Below are positions 35,490 to 47,760 of a stretch of 64,000 nucleotides of DNA, in pieces. A model generated the notes under the pieces. That model had not been told where the DNA came from, did not search any database, and worked only from the letters and a program-made list of their open reading frames with translations. The position numbers were made by a program, and so were the translations under genes. Source of the stretch: Camelus ferus (taxonomy: Eukaryota); the NCBI RefSeq assembly GCF_009834535.1, contig NC_045707.1:46006001-46070000 (forward strand). Direction: 5' to 3'. The number at the start of each line of letters is the position of its first letter. Position 1 is the stretch's first letter.

Positions 35490-36790
35490 CTATAAGGCAA
35501 AGGTATTAAGCACCTACTATGTGCAAGCACTGTTCTAAGCTAGTAAAGAGGGGAGATGACAGCCAAGAGCCTGTTCTCTTGGAGGCTATATTCTAGTTGA
35601 GAAATTAGACAATAAAGAAGGAAACAAATATTCAGATACTTTTACATAGTGATGAGTGCTCTGAAGAAAATGAAGCAGGGTGATGGAATTGTTAGAGTCT
35701 AAACTGGTACTACTCACTGCAAAACAGGCCAATAAATCAAGAGATGAGTTGTTGGGGCCAGGAATAGCAACTTTATTTGGAAAGCCAGCAGACCGAGAAG
35801 ATGGTGGGCTAGCATTCTGAACAACCATCTTACCTGAATTCAGGTTTCTTTTATACTAAAAGGAGAGGAGGTGTGGCTGGTTGGTGCATACTTTTTGGTG
35901 CCAGAATCCTTAGTTCTTGCTCCTGTCGCTGTCCACATAGGTCTGGTCACAGTGTTTCCATAAACCTCCAACAAGACAAATGTTATCCTCTCTTCTGCAA
36001 CTTTTTATCTGTATATGAATGGAAAAGTGTTTTACCTTTAAAGGTCAGAGCCTTGAGAATGGGCTGTCCTGTGTACTTCAGGCTATAGGCAAATTCTTTT
36101 ATAAAAGGTGCAGAGCCAGTATGACTAAGCACAGGCAGCAGAACACAAAGGTTAGGGCTAAAGGTATAGATCCAATATGGAGTCAGGTTTGTTCTTTTCT
36201 GTTGTAGAATGGGGAGTGAATCAGGGAGGGAAGCTGTTTTAGTTTGTGTGGACAGGGAAGATGTTTTTAAGGAGTTGACATTTGAACTGGGAATTACACG
36301 ATGAAAAAAAGTCAGCAATGGGAAAGTTCGGGGAAACAGTGCTCCAGACTGAGGAACAGCAAATGCAGTCTCTGAGGCAGAAACTGGCTTGGCGTGTGTG
36401 AGAAACAGGAGACATCAGACCTGAAGCAGAGTAGGGTTTGTACAGGGTGGGAGTGGGGGGAGTGGAATGAAATGAGGTGAGATAGGCAGGGACCAAGTCC
36501 TATAGGACCTTATTGGCCATGGTAGGAAATTTGGATTTAAACCTAAATACAGAGGGATGCTGTTTAGGGAATTTTAACGAGTGGACTAGAATGGTGTGAT
36601 CTGGTTACCTGTCTGAAGATCGGTTTGGCTGTTTTATGTAGTTTGGATTATGGAATGGGGATGGTAGTGGGAAAGGGAGACCACCTTTGAGTGCAGGAGT
36701 GCTGGAGAGAGGTGGAGAGACAGGACATATCTGGCGGGTAGAGTCAACTGAACTTGCTGCTGTGAGAGGAGGGAAGAGGTGGGAATTCTC
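35490..36790 (-). mobile_element. L2 LINE interrupted by an LTR
   Basis: 'tattaagcacctactatgtgcaagcactgttctaag'; resumes after 36210 with 'gaggaacagcaaatgc', 'ggccatggtaggaaatttgga'. Confidence 0.75.
35690..36206 (-). mobile_element. ERV1-class solo LTR with 4-bp TSD
   Basis: GAAT at 35686-35689 and 36207-36210; TG start; 'actttatttggaaagccagcagaccgagaagatggtgggcta' (antisense AATAAA). Confidence 0.8.
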
Positions 36791-36889
36791 TAATGTACAC
36801 CTAAGGTTGCTGATCGTTTGTGTGTGAGTGTGTGTATCTGAGAGAGATGGGGAGAAGAAGGTGGTTGGGCCTTTGTTGGAAGGCCCGAT

Positions 36890-37110
36890 GATAATGCGAA
36901 TACCTAACATTCAGCGGACGTTTACTGTGGTGCAGGTATTAACAAGAGTCTTGTGAAATAGTAACTGTTCTCACCATTCTACAGATGTGATAACAAGTTC
37001 AGAAAGGTTGAGTATGTTGCTCTGGGCCACCCAGCTAAGTGTTAGAGCTGGGCTTGTACCTGTGTTTGCCTGACCCCAGAGCCCTGGCTCTTGCCACTAT
37101 GCTCTGCTGC
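36890..37110 (-). mobile_element. MIR
   Basis: 'ccattctacagatgtgataacaagttcagaaaggttgag...cagctaagtgttagagctggg'. Confidence 0.65.
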
Positions 37111-37669
37111 CTACAAGCTGCCTGCTCCTGCCTCAGACCTCTTCTGGTTCTGGAGGGATAATTTAGCTGTTGGGAAGATGCCTGTGGCAACCTTTCAACT
37201 GCTACAGATCAGTAAAAACACAGGGAGGGAAGACATCCTACTAGAATCGAAAGTAATGACTATTTTCATTGGTGTTCCTGAATAAAGGGGAAGGTGCATG
37301 GGGAATGTTCAAAGTGGGAGCACAGAAGATGCCCAGTAACTGGGTTTCTTTGAGGAGAGGCCAATAAGTGTATTACCACTCTGCCTGGTGCTTTGAACCT
37401 CATGTGACCATCAAAGAAGCCACTTGCTGGATTCTTCTTTCACCTTTTCAGGTAGCTAATTAACATTTTGTTCTCTATTTTTGCATCCAAAATGAGTTCT
37501 TTCCAATGCAGAGCCAAGGGTTTCAAAGGATTGCTTACTTTAAAAAATTATTTGCATTAGAAAGAGGAGTCAGTTGTGGAAAAATAATTACAATGGTAGA
37601 CACTATTTATTGATTGCTTTCTTTGTGCCAGGCATCTACTATTTCCTTTTATGTTCATAACAATCTTTT

Positions 37670-38170
37670 AAGTTACAATTAATAGGTGATACATTTACAC
37701 AATATAAAATTTAAAAGATAAGAAAAAGTTTACAGTGAACATTGTTTTTCCTGTCCTGTTGCCCAGCTGGCTGGTTCCCTTCCCCTGGAAATAACTGATG
37801 TTAAACCCACTTCTTGTGTCCTTCCAGAAATCATCAGTGCAGATACAAGGAAGATATGTAGTCACACTCTCCACCCCTCCCCCCGCCCCACTTTTTAACA
37901 CACAAATGTAAATGTAAGTGGTAGCACATGAGTGCACTTTCCTTTTTCTCCCTGTACACAAGATCAGTATTTGTAGATCTTTCTGGTTCTTTTGATGGCT
38001 GCATATGGAATACCTTTATACGGATGTACCAGAATTGGTGTTTCTAGTTTTTTGCTACTATCAGCAGTGCCGGAGTGAATAATCTTATACACACGTGATT
38101 TTATATGTGAGTATTATCTGTATGATAAATTTCTAGGTCAACTGATGTGAACATCTTTACTTTTGTTAGG
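37670..38170 (-). mobile_element. Old L1 (L1ME-like) 3' region
   Basis: 'ttcttgtgtccttccagaaa', 'ttttttgctactatcagcagtgc'. Confidence 0.6.
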
Positions 38171-38380
38171 TGAAGCAGTATAGTTAGTATAGGAGAGTGA
38201 TAGATAGACAGACAGATCTAGATACATAAATATAGCACAGACTTGGAGCCGGATTGCCTGGGTTGAATCCTGACTCTGCTGTTTACACGCTGTGCAAGTC
38301 ACTTAACCTATTTTTACCTCTGTTGCCTGACTTTTAAAATAGTAAAAATAGTACCTACCAATTAGCATTACTATGAGAAT

Positions 38381-38900
38381 TGTATCAGTTAGTTTGTGTT
38401 ATGTAACAAATCACCCCAAAACTTAGTGACTTAAGTCAGTACCTGTTTGACTTGGCTTATGAGTCGGTAGGTTGGCTGGGTGGTTCTTCTTGTCTGAGGC
38501 AGCACAACTCAGCCCTGCTGGGTTCTCTCATGCTTCTGTGGTCCTGGTGGGGTAGCTGGTAGCTGGAGGATCTAGGATGGCCTCACCTACGTGTCTGGCA
38601 GTTGACAAGTGAGTTGGGCTGTGGGGACCTCGTTTGGGATGGCATGTGATATCTCGGGCTCTACTTGGTGAGTGCAGGTTTCTTCACATGGTTGTCTCAG
38701 AGTTCAAAAAAGCAACAAGAGATGACAAACCCTAAAGCACAAGCATTTTTCAGATCTCTGCTCGTGTCACATTTGCTGTTGTCCTGCTGACCAAAGCAGG
38801 CATCCTGCCCAGCTCAGAGTGCCTGTGGGAGGGGACTCTCCAAGGACAAGGATACAATGAGAGGAATCATTGCTGCCATTTTTACAAACAATCTACCACA
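38381..38900 (-). mobile_element. MLT1H-like MaLR LTR inserted in a MIR
   Basis: 'tgtatcagttag...gtaacaaatcaccccaaaacttagtgacttaa' ... 'aatctaccaca'; TSD AGAAT/AAAAT; MIR halves at 38175-38380 and 38901-38975. Confidence 0.85.
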
Positions 38901-39624
38901 AAAATTGAATTAAGGTAATAATTGTGAAGTGACTAGTATAGTGTCTGGCACAGTGTAAGTGCTGTATAAATTTGTTAAATTGAGAAGGAAAAAGAGCGGT
39001 ATAACCAAATTGCCCGCACTTCACACCTCCACTAGTGTGTGAGTGCTGGCTTCCTGTTTCTTCCTAACACTGTAGCAAAGTGACTTATCCATGGAGAGGC
39101 AGATGTTCTTGTTCCCATTTTACAGATGGAAAAAATGATACTCAGAGTTTTTTTCCTGATGCTATGGGCCTAACAGGAATGTGAGTTCCTTGGCTCTAGA
39201 GCACCTCAGCTCGTCTTGCCGTTCCAGACAGCGGTCTGGTTTCTGTGTCCCTGGTGCTCCCGTCCACTGCTCTCCTGTCCACCTCTCATTTCATCTCTCT
39301 CATTTCCATTTCATCTTTAGTCTTACGAGGTCAAGAAGGATCTGTCATTCTGTTGCAGTCTTTCATAGTAACTTTGATTTCACCCTGGCTTGCTGGATTC
39401 AAAATAAATAAAGTGTCCACAGAAACAGTGAACTCTGTTCCATTTGTGAAGGGGTGATAAGGGACTCTACCACTTTTAAATTCAGAAATCAGATGGAGTC
39501 TGGCCTTATTTTGTTTGTTCTATCTTCCCTATCTTCTCTCACATCTTTTTGCTTCACTTTCTTCTGTACAACGTAGAAATTCCATTTCCCAGGGGGCAGA
39601 TGTGAAGGTAGAAGACATTATTTC

Positions 39625-40060
39625 TCAGTGGCTCAGGTCTCGGTCTCTGGAGAGATACTGCCTGGATTCGAATCCAAAGCAGCTATTTCTAGCTGTGTGA
39701 CTTGGATTGGTCAACCTGCATTAAAGAGTTTTCCCACTCACTTATTACTACATAGCAGATTTCTTTTATTTCTGCCTCCTCTGTTTCACATCCCTTCTCC
39801 TCCAAATCTATTCCTGTGCCCTTGGATATGTCCGACGTTTACTTAGCCCTTACTCTAAGTGCCTTACTTGTAATTAGCTCATTTTAACCTTCACAACAAA
39901 CCTCTGAAATAAGTGCCGGTTTATTCCCATGTTCAAGTGAGGAAGCTCAACACTGAACGGCTAAGGAATCTGCCCAGCATAGCGCAGCTAATAAATGATG
40001 GAGCAGGGATTTTAAACCAGGCATTCTGGCACCAGAGTCTGTGTTCTTAATGTTTATGCT
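39625..40060. mobile_element. Two MIR fragments (+ then -)
   Basis: 'ctgcctggattcgaatcc...tagctgtgtgactt' and 'aaccttcacaacaaacc...gtgaggaagctca'. Confidence 0.65.
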
Positions 40061-40966
40061 AAAGAGAAAAAGAGAGAATGGGATGGAAGATCAAGGATTT
40101 AAAATTGAGAGATCCTTCTCTAGGTAGACTACCGGTGAACTCAGATGCAGCCTCCGTCCTTGGCAGCCGCTGAGTATACCCAGCTGAGCCTTAGACTGAA
40201 AATCCTAGCACAAAAATTGTAAACTTTCAAACCTTTTGTCAAAAGCCTTTCCACTTCAATCATGGTAATCCTAACAAGATTTCAGGAATTGTGCCTCTCT
40301 TGTTACTGAGGTGTGACCTTTGAAAAATATATGGGGCTTTTTAAAAAAGGTTTGAAAATCAAGCTGGCTAGTTCTGAGTCCTGCCTCCTCTTGCTCCTTC
40401 TTATGGACTGCCTTTCTGGTTGCAGACAACGTTTGCCAAAGCAGCAGGAGAATAAAACATAAACACTGAAGATAATACATAGCTTTCTGAATTTAGAATC
40501 GTGCATATCTTCAAGTTGAAGGAAACAACAGAGGTGGTTTCGTAAGCTTTGTTTGTATATAGACTAAATGTACTGTGGTAACACTCATCAAACATCTTTC
40601 AAATGAACCTCCTGCTGTGTGTTAGGACTCCGTGGTGAGTGAGTGAGCTCTGCATGGCCCCATCTCCTCAGAGAGTTTGGAATCTGCCTGGGAAGGTAGT
40701 TAAGCAGCTGTGTGAATTGTGGTGTGCTGTTGTGGAGGAAGAAGGTGGTGGGAGTTGTAGTAAGAGTTCCTTACCTAGTTGGGGTGAGAGGTTCTAAGCA
40801 GATTTTTGAAAATCAGACATTTGATTCAGAAGATTCCTTTGTCTGGAAGGTGGAGAATGGACTGGAAGGGCAAGACCAGGGGTAGGAAGCCTGGTTAGGA
40901 GGCTACTACAGTTTGGTCATTGATCCAGATGACCCAGACCAGGGAGATGGTACAGGGAATGGAGAG

Positions 40967-41722
40967 ACTGTCAGAAGGGCCATCATCAGAAAGTCTATAG
41001 ATAATAAATGCTGGAGAGGATGTGGAGAAAAGGGAACCCTCCTACACTGTTGGTGGGAATGTAAATTGGTATAAAGAACAGTATGGAGGTTTCTTAAAAA
41101 ACTAAAAACAGAGTTATTATATGATACAGCAATCCCGTTCCTGGGCATAAATCCAGGGAAGACGAAAACTCTACTTCGAAAAGATTCATGCACCCTAATG
41201 TTCACAGTGGCACTATATACAATAGCCAAGATGTGGAAGCAACCTAAGTATCTATCAACAGATGTCTGGATAAAGAAGATGTGGTAAAAAAGAGTGAAAT
41301 AATGCCATTTGCAGCAACATAGATGGACCTAGAGATTATCGTACTCAGTGAAGTAAGTCAGAGAAAGACAGTATCCTGTGATATCACTTATATGTGGAAT
41401 CTAAAAAATTATACAAATAAATTATTTACAAAACAGAAAGAGAGTCACAGACATAGAAAACAAACTTATGGTTACCAAAGGGGAGTGGGGGAGGGATAAA
41501 TTAGGAGTACAGGATTAACAAATATATACTACGATACATAAAATAGGTAAACAACAAGGATTTACCATATAGCAAGGGGAACTATATTCAGTATCTCATA
41601 ATAACCTACAATGGAAAAGAACTGAAAAAAAGAAATATATAACAAAATCATTTGGCTGTACACCTGAAACTAACACAATATTGTAAATATAACTATACTT
41701 CAGTTTAAAAAAAAAAGAAAAA
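40967..41722 (+). mobile_element. 5'-truncated L1 (ORF2 C-terminus, 3'UTR, polyA) inserted in L2
   Basis: Translates [33 protein letters not shown] (L1 ORF2 Cys-rich domain); cetartiodactyl-type 3'UTR 'acagacatagaaaacaaacttatggttaccaaaggg'; A tail at 41707-41723. Confidence 0.92.
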
Positions 41723-42103
41723 AGAGAGGCATTTTAGGAGTAGAATCAGTAGGACTTCATGACTGATGGGATGCAGAAGATAAGGGGGGACAGGAGTTGA
41801 GGATGGCAGACTCCCAGGTTTCTGAATTGGTGAAACTGTGTGTATGATGCTGCCATGAACTGAGACATAACTCTGGTAGAAAAACCAAGGAGTGAGACTT
41901 GGGAAAGTTGCTTCTGTTTTGTGCACTTTGAGTTTCAGGTACCTATGAGCCATTAGAATAGAGAAAGCTTTAGTTGATTATTGAGTTGTGTAGCTTAGAA
42001 GAACATTTTATTTAAAGATATAAACTTATGAGTTATTGGCATATAGGTAGTAGTAATTGAAGCCATTGGAGTTATAGAACACCATACAGAAAATGTTGGT
42101 GAA

Positions 42104-42230
42104 CAGTGGTTCACAAAATCTGTTGTACAGAGAATCACTTGGGGAGGTTGTTACATGTGCAGTTTCCTGGGCAACTCCTCCTGAGCTGCTGATTCGGTAG
42201 GTCTGTGGTTAGCAACTGGGATCTGCGGTG
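42104..42230. mobile_element. MER5A-like MITE fragment
   Basis: 'cagtggttcacaaaatctg...agaatcacttggggagg...gattcggtaggtctg'. Confidence 0.6.
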
Positions 42231-42254
42231 TCTATTAGAGGTGGCGATAAAAAC

Positions 42255-44010
42255 CTACAGCCCAGCCATTTTACCCTTAGGTGTATGTCCTAGAGGGTCT
42301 CTAGCAGTCTATGACCTATGCTTTTTTAAAAAGGAAATTTTTAATATATAAAAATATGTAAAGATTAATACATTGACATTTATATATCCACCACAGATTA
42401 TGAGTAAAAATTTACTAAGATAAACTGTAGTGTATTTATAAAGTAGAATACTACTCAGCCATAAAAAGGAGCAGGCTACTATACATGCATGAACATGAAT
42501 GAATCTCAAGGCTGACACCAAAGAGTACCTGCTGTGTTATTCTATTTATGTGGGGTTCTAGAACATGAACGATGGTGATAGGAATCAAAACAGTTGTTGC
42601 TGGTAAGGATAGGCTAGGAAAGGGCATGAGGAAATTTTTGGGGTGATGGAAATTTTCTGCTTCTTGATAGTGGTGTGGTTTACGTGGTGTCTATGTCAGT
42701 CAAACTCACTGAACTGTACACTTAAGAGCTACGCCACTGTATGGAAGTTATACCTCAGTAAAAGATTAACCCCCTCAAAACTAAATAAACCAATGGAGAT
42801 GGAGCTCTCCCAGTACTTTCCTTCAACCAGAGATAGCTTCTATCCTGAATTTAACATGTCTGTGCCCTTTAATACATTGATTCCATGTGCATATATCCTT
42901 AAGCAAGATATACTGTTATTTTGCATGTCTTTAAACTATATATATATATATATCTCACAACATGTAATATACACATCTGTATGTGTCTGTGACTGTATTA
43001 TGTCTTCTTCTGTAGTTTGCTTTTTTGTTATATATGTGAGATTCATCCATTTGATACCAGTAGCTGATCATGCATTTTTAAAGCTAAGTATATTCATGAA
43101 ATAGAATGCTATGTAATTAAGTTATCCTTTCTCTTTTTGCCATATATTTAGGTTGTTTCAGAGCAGTACTGCTATCATTTTGTGTGTCACTTTTTGTGGG
43201 TGCCGGGGCATTTGGGGGTGGGGTGATGGGGCTGCAGCATGAACATACTGTCCGTTCCACCAGATGTTGCCATTCTCCTCTCCAGAGGGATTTATCAGCA
43301 GTTTATAATGGCCTGTATTTTTACCAAACACTTGGTACTGTCAGACTTTAGCTTTTTTGTTTTTTTTTTTCTTTTTGCAAATCAGACAGGGGTGAAATAT
43401 TATCTCATCGTGGTTTTAATGTGTGGTTCCCTGACTACAAGTGTGGTTGAACATATTTTTATGTATTCATTGGCCCTTCAAGTTTCCTCTTCTGTGAAAT
43501 ATCAGTTCATACCTTTTGCTCATTTCTCTCTTATATTGTCTTTGTCTTACTGAGTTGCAAATATATTTTCCCAGTTTGTGTCTTTTTTTAATGGAATATT
43601 TTGATGAATTTTAATGTATTTGAGGTCAACAATTCATTCCTTTGTGGTTTGTGCTTTTTGTTTCATAAGGAATCCTATGTCTGCAGACTAAAGTTATTTA
43701 TGTTTTCTACTGAGCGTTTAAGTTTGCCTTTAATATTAGACCATTAATCCACTGGGAATTAAATTTAATATATTGAATGTGGTAGGGAGCCAGCTTTTCC
43801 CCCATGTAGACAATTGGTTATTCCATCAACACTTGCGAAATACCCATCCTTTCCCCACCAATGTGCAGTGTGACTTTTGGCATATATCAAGTTTCCATAT
43901 ATGGATAAGTCTGTGGGCTCTTTATTCAGATCTCAGTTACTACTCATTTATACTAAGTCCTGATGTCATATAGTAGAATCACCCCCACCTCACTGTTCTT
44001 GAGTTTAAAT
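42255..44010. mobile_element. Old L1 fragments (+ at 42255-42760; - at 42820-44010)
   Basis: + 'gaatactactcagccataaaaagg...atgaatctca'; - 'atctcatcgtggttttaatgtg...tcttctgtgaaatatcagttcataccttttgctcattt'. Confidence 0.7.
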
Positions 44011-46483
44011 GTTTTATTCGTTGATGTATCTAGTGCCTAGAACAATGGCAGGCCCATAGTAGGGGCTCAGTAAATGTCTGTTGAATGACTGCAGGAATCT
44101 CATCTGGTTCTAGCTAAATCAATAGTCCAGCAGTTCCTGAGATGCTGGCACTGGTTTACCTTCAGGGAGAGGAAGAGGAGACGATTGGGAACACCATCTC
44201 TTGCTTCTGCTCTCCCTTGCTCTCTGTTGCCTTTTGTCTCTTCTCATTCAGACCAGTATCTTAAAGAATGAATCCTCAGACAGCCCAACAACTGCTACTC
44301 AATATGGCTTCAGCCCGCAAGTACAAGGTTTAGTGAGAGTGGGATTGCTGCTAATGTGGCCTTGGAGGCTTCTGATCACAAATTGTAGATCGCTCTGTGA
44401 GGTCTTTTGAAGTCTGACCAATATCTGGGGCCTTAAGCCTTGGAAATAGGACAGAGGGTCATCTAAAACTAGATCTTCTATGCATTTGGATGTCTTTATT
44501 TTGTATGCTAGTGTAGCTTCAAAATAGATTTCTTTCTATAGCATGGCTTTTGGCATGTTTTGTTAATAATAATAAAAAGAACTACCATTTACTTAATGCT
44601 TATTATGGACAAAGCATTGTGCTAAGTTCTTTGCATATATGCGTATATTTCATTGACTCTTTAGAGACATCATTTTTTTTTTTTTAACTTTTTGCAGTAA
44701 GCATTAGTTATTCATTCTTTCATCCATCTAACTTCCTTGAGCCGTTTTGGGTTGAATTAGGGACGAGGACTTCCAACTCCAGGAATTCACAATTTTTTGA
44801 GGAGCAGACTTTTAAAGAAATAATTGCCAGACAGAGTGATGATTGTATTTACAAAAGCATATCCAAAATACAGTCTAGAAAAGAGCATGATTAACTCTGA
44901 GGGGCAGAGGAGAGGAGTTGTGGTGTCAGGGGAATCTAGGAAGAGAGGTTTAAATAGGACACGACCCCTGGAAAAACTCTTGAAGGCCTCTCTTTAGCTT
45001 GGTTACTCTGATTACTCCAGCCTTCCCTGGTCTCTCCTTCTTAGGAGCATGTCTCCCTTCTTGCTTTAGTCACGGATGGCTTCCTCCCTTAATCACATTT
45101 TTAAAACATTAACTTTTTAACAATTTTATGAAGGATTGATTTACATATTATGAGACTGACCAATGTTGAGTGTGTAATTCAGTGATTGTTAGTAACTTTC
45201 CTGAGTCAAAAATCATTTAAAGTAGTGATATTAACCCCACTTAACAGGTGGAAACTGGGGCTCAAAGACATGAAGTGTCATAGCCACGCACATCCAGCTA
45301 GCAACTAGCAGAGCTGGGAGTCACACTAGTGTAATGGCTCATTAAAGCATATTCAAATTTTCAACTGGGAAATAAGCTCACATTCTGTATAACGAATGGC
45401 ACCTTCTTTATTACCTTGGCAACTAGGAACTAGATGTGTTACGAAACTGAAAAGTGTTGTTCACAGTGGGTTTAGGAAAAAAAACTCTGGGAAAGAGGGC
45501 TGGATTAGGTATGTTGTTTGAAATGCAAGTAAAATACTTGAAGAATTGAGCCAATATACACAACCAGCCACACAAAAACCCAAAGTCAAACACAAAAAAA
45601 ATTGAAACAACAATCAATGTGTGTAATAAAGCCACAAATTAAAATGTGTACTTGTGATGTGAATAATAAACCACTTTGGTTACTTTTCTTCTGAACTATT
45701 ATGCATATTATTTGGCTTTCTGGGGTATTTACAGTAATCTTCTAATGGAGAATATTTTCTTATCCCTACCCCTAAGCAAGCTGTTACATTGAATAGTCAA
45801 ACAGGCATCACAAAGGAACGAGGCTCTGCACTTTATCTAGTCTAAATTACGGGGTTTGAAATGTTCTGACAATTGAATTAGCTGACTGGTGCAACAATAG
45901 CAAACACTGTATACATAATTTGTGTTGCCTTCAGAGATGGCAGAAACTAGTCTGCTGATAATGGACCAGAACTGGCTGGACTCTGATCGGCCAGCCTCCT
46001 GCCTCAGTGGAAGGGAGGACAGCGGCTCCTGCCATTCTACTTTAAATGATGCTTTGTGCACTGCGTTTCTAATTTTTGAATATTAATGCTGGGAAAAATG
46101 GCAACAGTGCTTGAGATATTTGTTGACAGGGTAAAGCTCTCCTTCCTCAATAAAAGGAAGGCTCACACACAGCCCTTGCAGAGGGCCCTGCTGGATTAGT
46201 GTGCTTGGCTGCCTGTCTGTATGCATCTGTCATTCTAATAATGGAATTGAATGTGCCACAGCCCTTCCCTGCCCCGACTTCTGGATTAGGAAACCACAGG
46301 AATAGTCTCCGTTCAGTATTGGGACACTCAGGCAGAGGTAAGTAGACTGTGGTATGCTTTTTAGGTCAATATCAAAGAAAATATATCTGAGATGGTTCTA
46401 CGTTCAGCATTTTATTGCACATTCAGCAAATGAAGGCTAGATAAGAGTCACTTTTCAGAAAGTAATCCAACACCTCCCCTAGA

Positions 46484-46815
46484 GCAGGGATTAACAGACT
46501 TTTTCTTTGAAGGGCCAGAGAGTAAACATTCTAGGCTTTGTGGGTCATACGGACTTTTGTCACCGCCACTTAACTCTGCCATTTTAATGTGAAAGCAGCC
46601 AGAGACAATACAGAAAATGACATGAAATGGATAAGTATTGCTGTGTCCCAATAAAACTTTATAGTCACTAAAATCTGAATTTCATGTAATTTTCACATGT
46701 CATAAAATATAATGATTTTTTTCAATCATTTAAAAATGTTAAAACCATTCTTGTGGATCATTAAACAAAACAAAACAAAACCCACATGACTAGATTTGGC
46801 CTGTGGACCATAATT
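46484..46815. mobile_element. MER58B-like hAT MITE
   Basis: 'cagggattaacagacttttt..gaagggccagagagtaaacattctaggctttgtggg...gatttggcctgtggaccata'. Confidence 0.8.
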
Positions 46816-47577
46816 TTCACACATACCCACGCACCCACCACATACACATTCATCCATCACACGCACCCCCACCTACCTTTATTTGATATTCTTGGCACCC
46901 TTTTATAATTGTGAGGGATCTTATTCTCATGCTTTGAAATCCTAGTAAGTTTTACTATCTAGAAACTTAGAATTAGTATATGTGTTGAAATAGAAATAAA
47001 GCAGTTGGCATTCAGTGGAATGTTGCGGAAGTCAGTAGTGAGGCTGTAGACATTGCTTTCTTTGCAGAAATGGGTGCATTTGTTTTATCTTCACATAATT
47101 TCTCATTACAAGTTGTAAAAGGAAGTTAGAATGTTACAAGCTGTGTATTCTACAAATTTATTAAAGCTCCATTTAATAGATTTTTTTTTAGTATTTATAG
47201 AGTGAAAAGTGGCTACTTAGAATGCAGATGTGCAGATGGTCTTTTTGATCCATGGGCAGGTGCACAAATTGTCCAGGCATACCACAGGTGCATGGATACT
47301 CTGAAATGAGACCCAAGATCAGGTTAGAGTTCACCAGTGCTTAGAAATCCAGTGCTTGAGTAATAGTGCACAGTGGAGATACAGCATTACACCGTGGCAT
47401 CTGAACTAAATTCTTACACATACAGGCTGTAACCTTGGACCCGTCTGAGCCCTGTTTTTCACATCTGTGAAATGGGAATAAAATAGTTTATGTGAGTGTG
47501 GTTTTTGTAAACCCTGAAATGATGTCCGTATGAGAACTGTTATGATTATTTGCTAAATCAGAGTGCAGCCTCTTGTT

Positions 47578-47760
47578 CATGGTTCCCAAACCTGGCTGGT
47601 TATTAGAATCATCTGTGGGAGTAGATGGGGGAGGGAAGGGCTTTGGGCAAATACAGATTCCCACTCTCACCCAGAATTCCTGAATCAGAATTTCTCTGAG
47701 AGGGCCAAGAAGTCTACATTTTTAACAGGTTCCATAGGCAATTATGATGTGTTTAAGAAG
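47578..47760. mobile_element. MER5A-like MITE
   Basis: 'ggttcccaaacctggctg...attagaatcatctg...ctgaatcagaatttct...attttaacagg'. Confidence 0.7.

Noticed and set aside
40906..41229. 107-aa minus-strand ORF and similar short ORFs in repeats
   Set aside because: Antisense reading of L1 ORF2; the other short ORFs likewise overlap repeats or lack coding signals.
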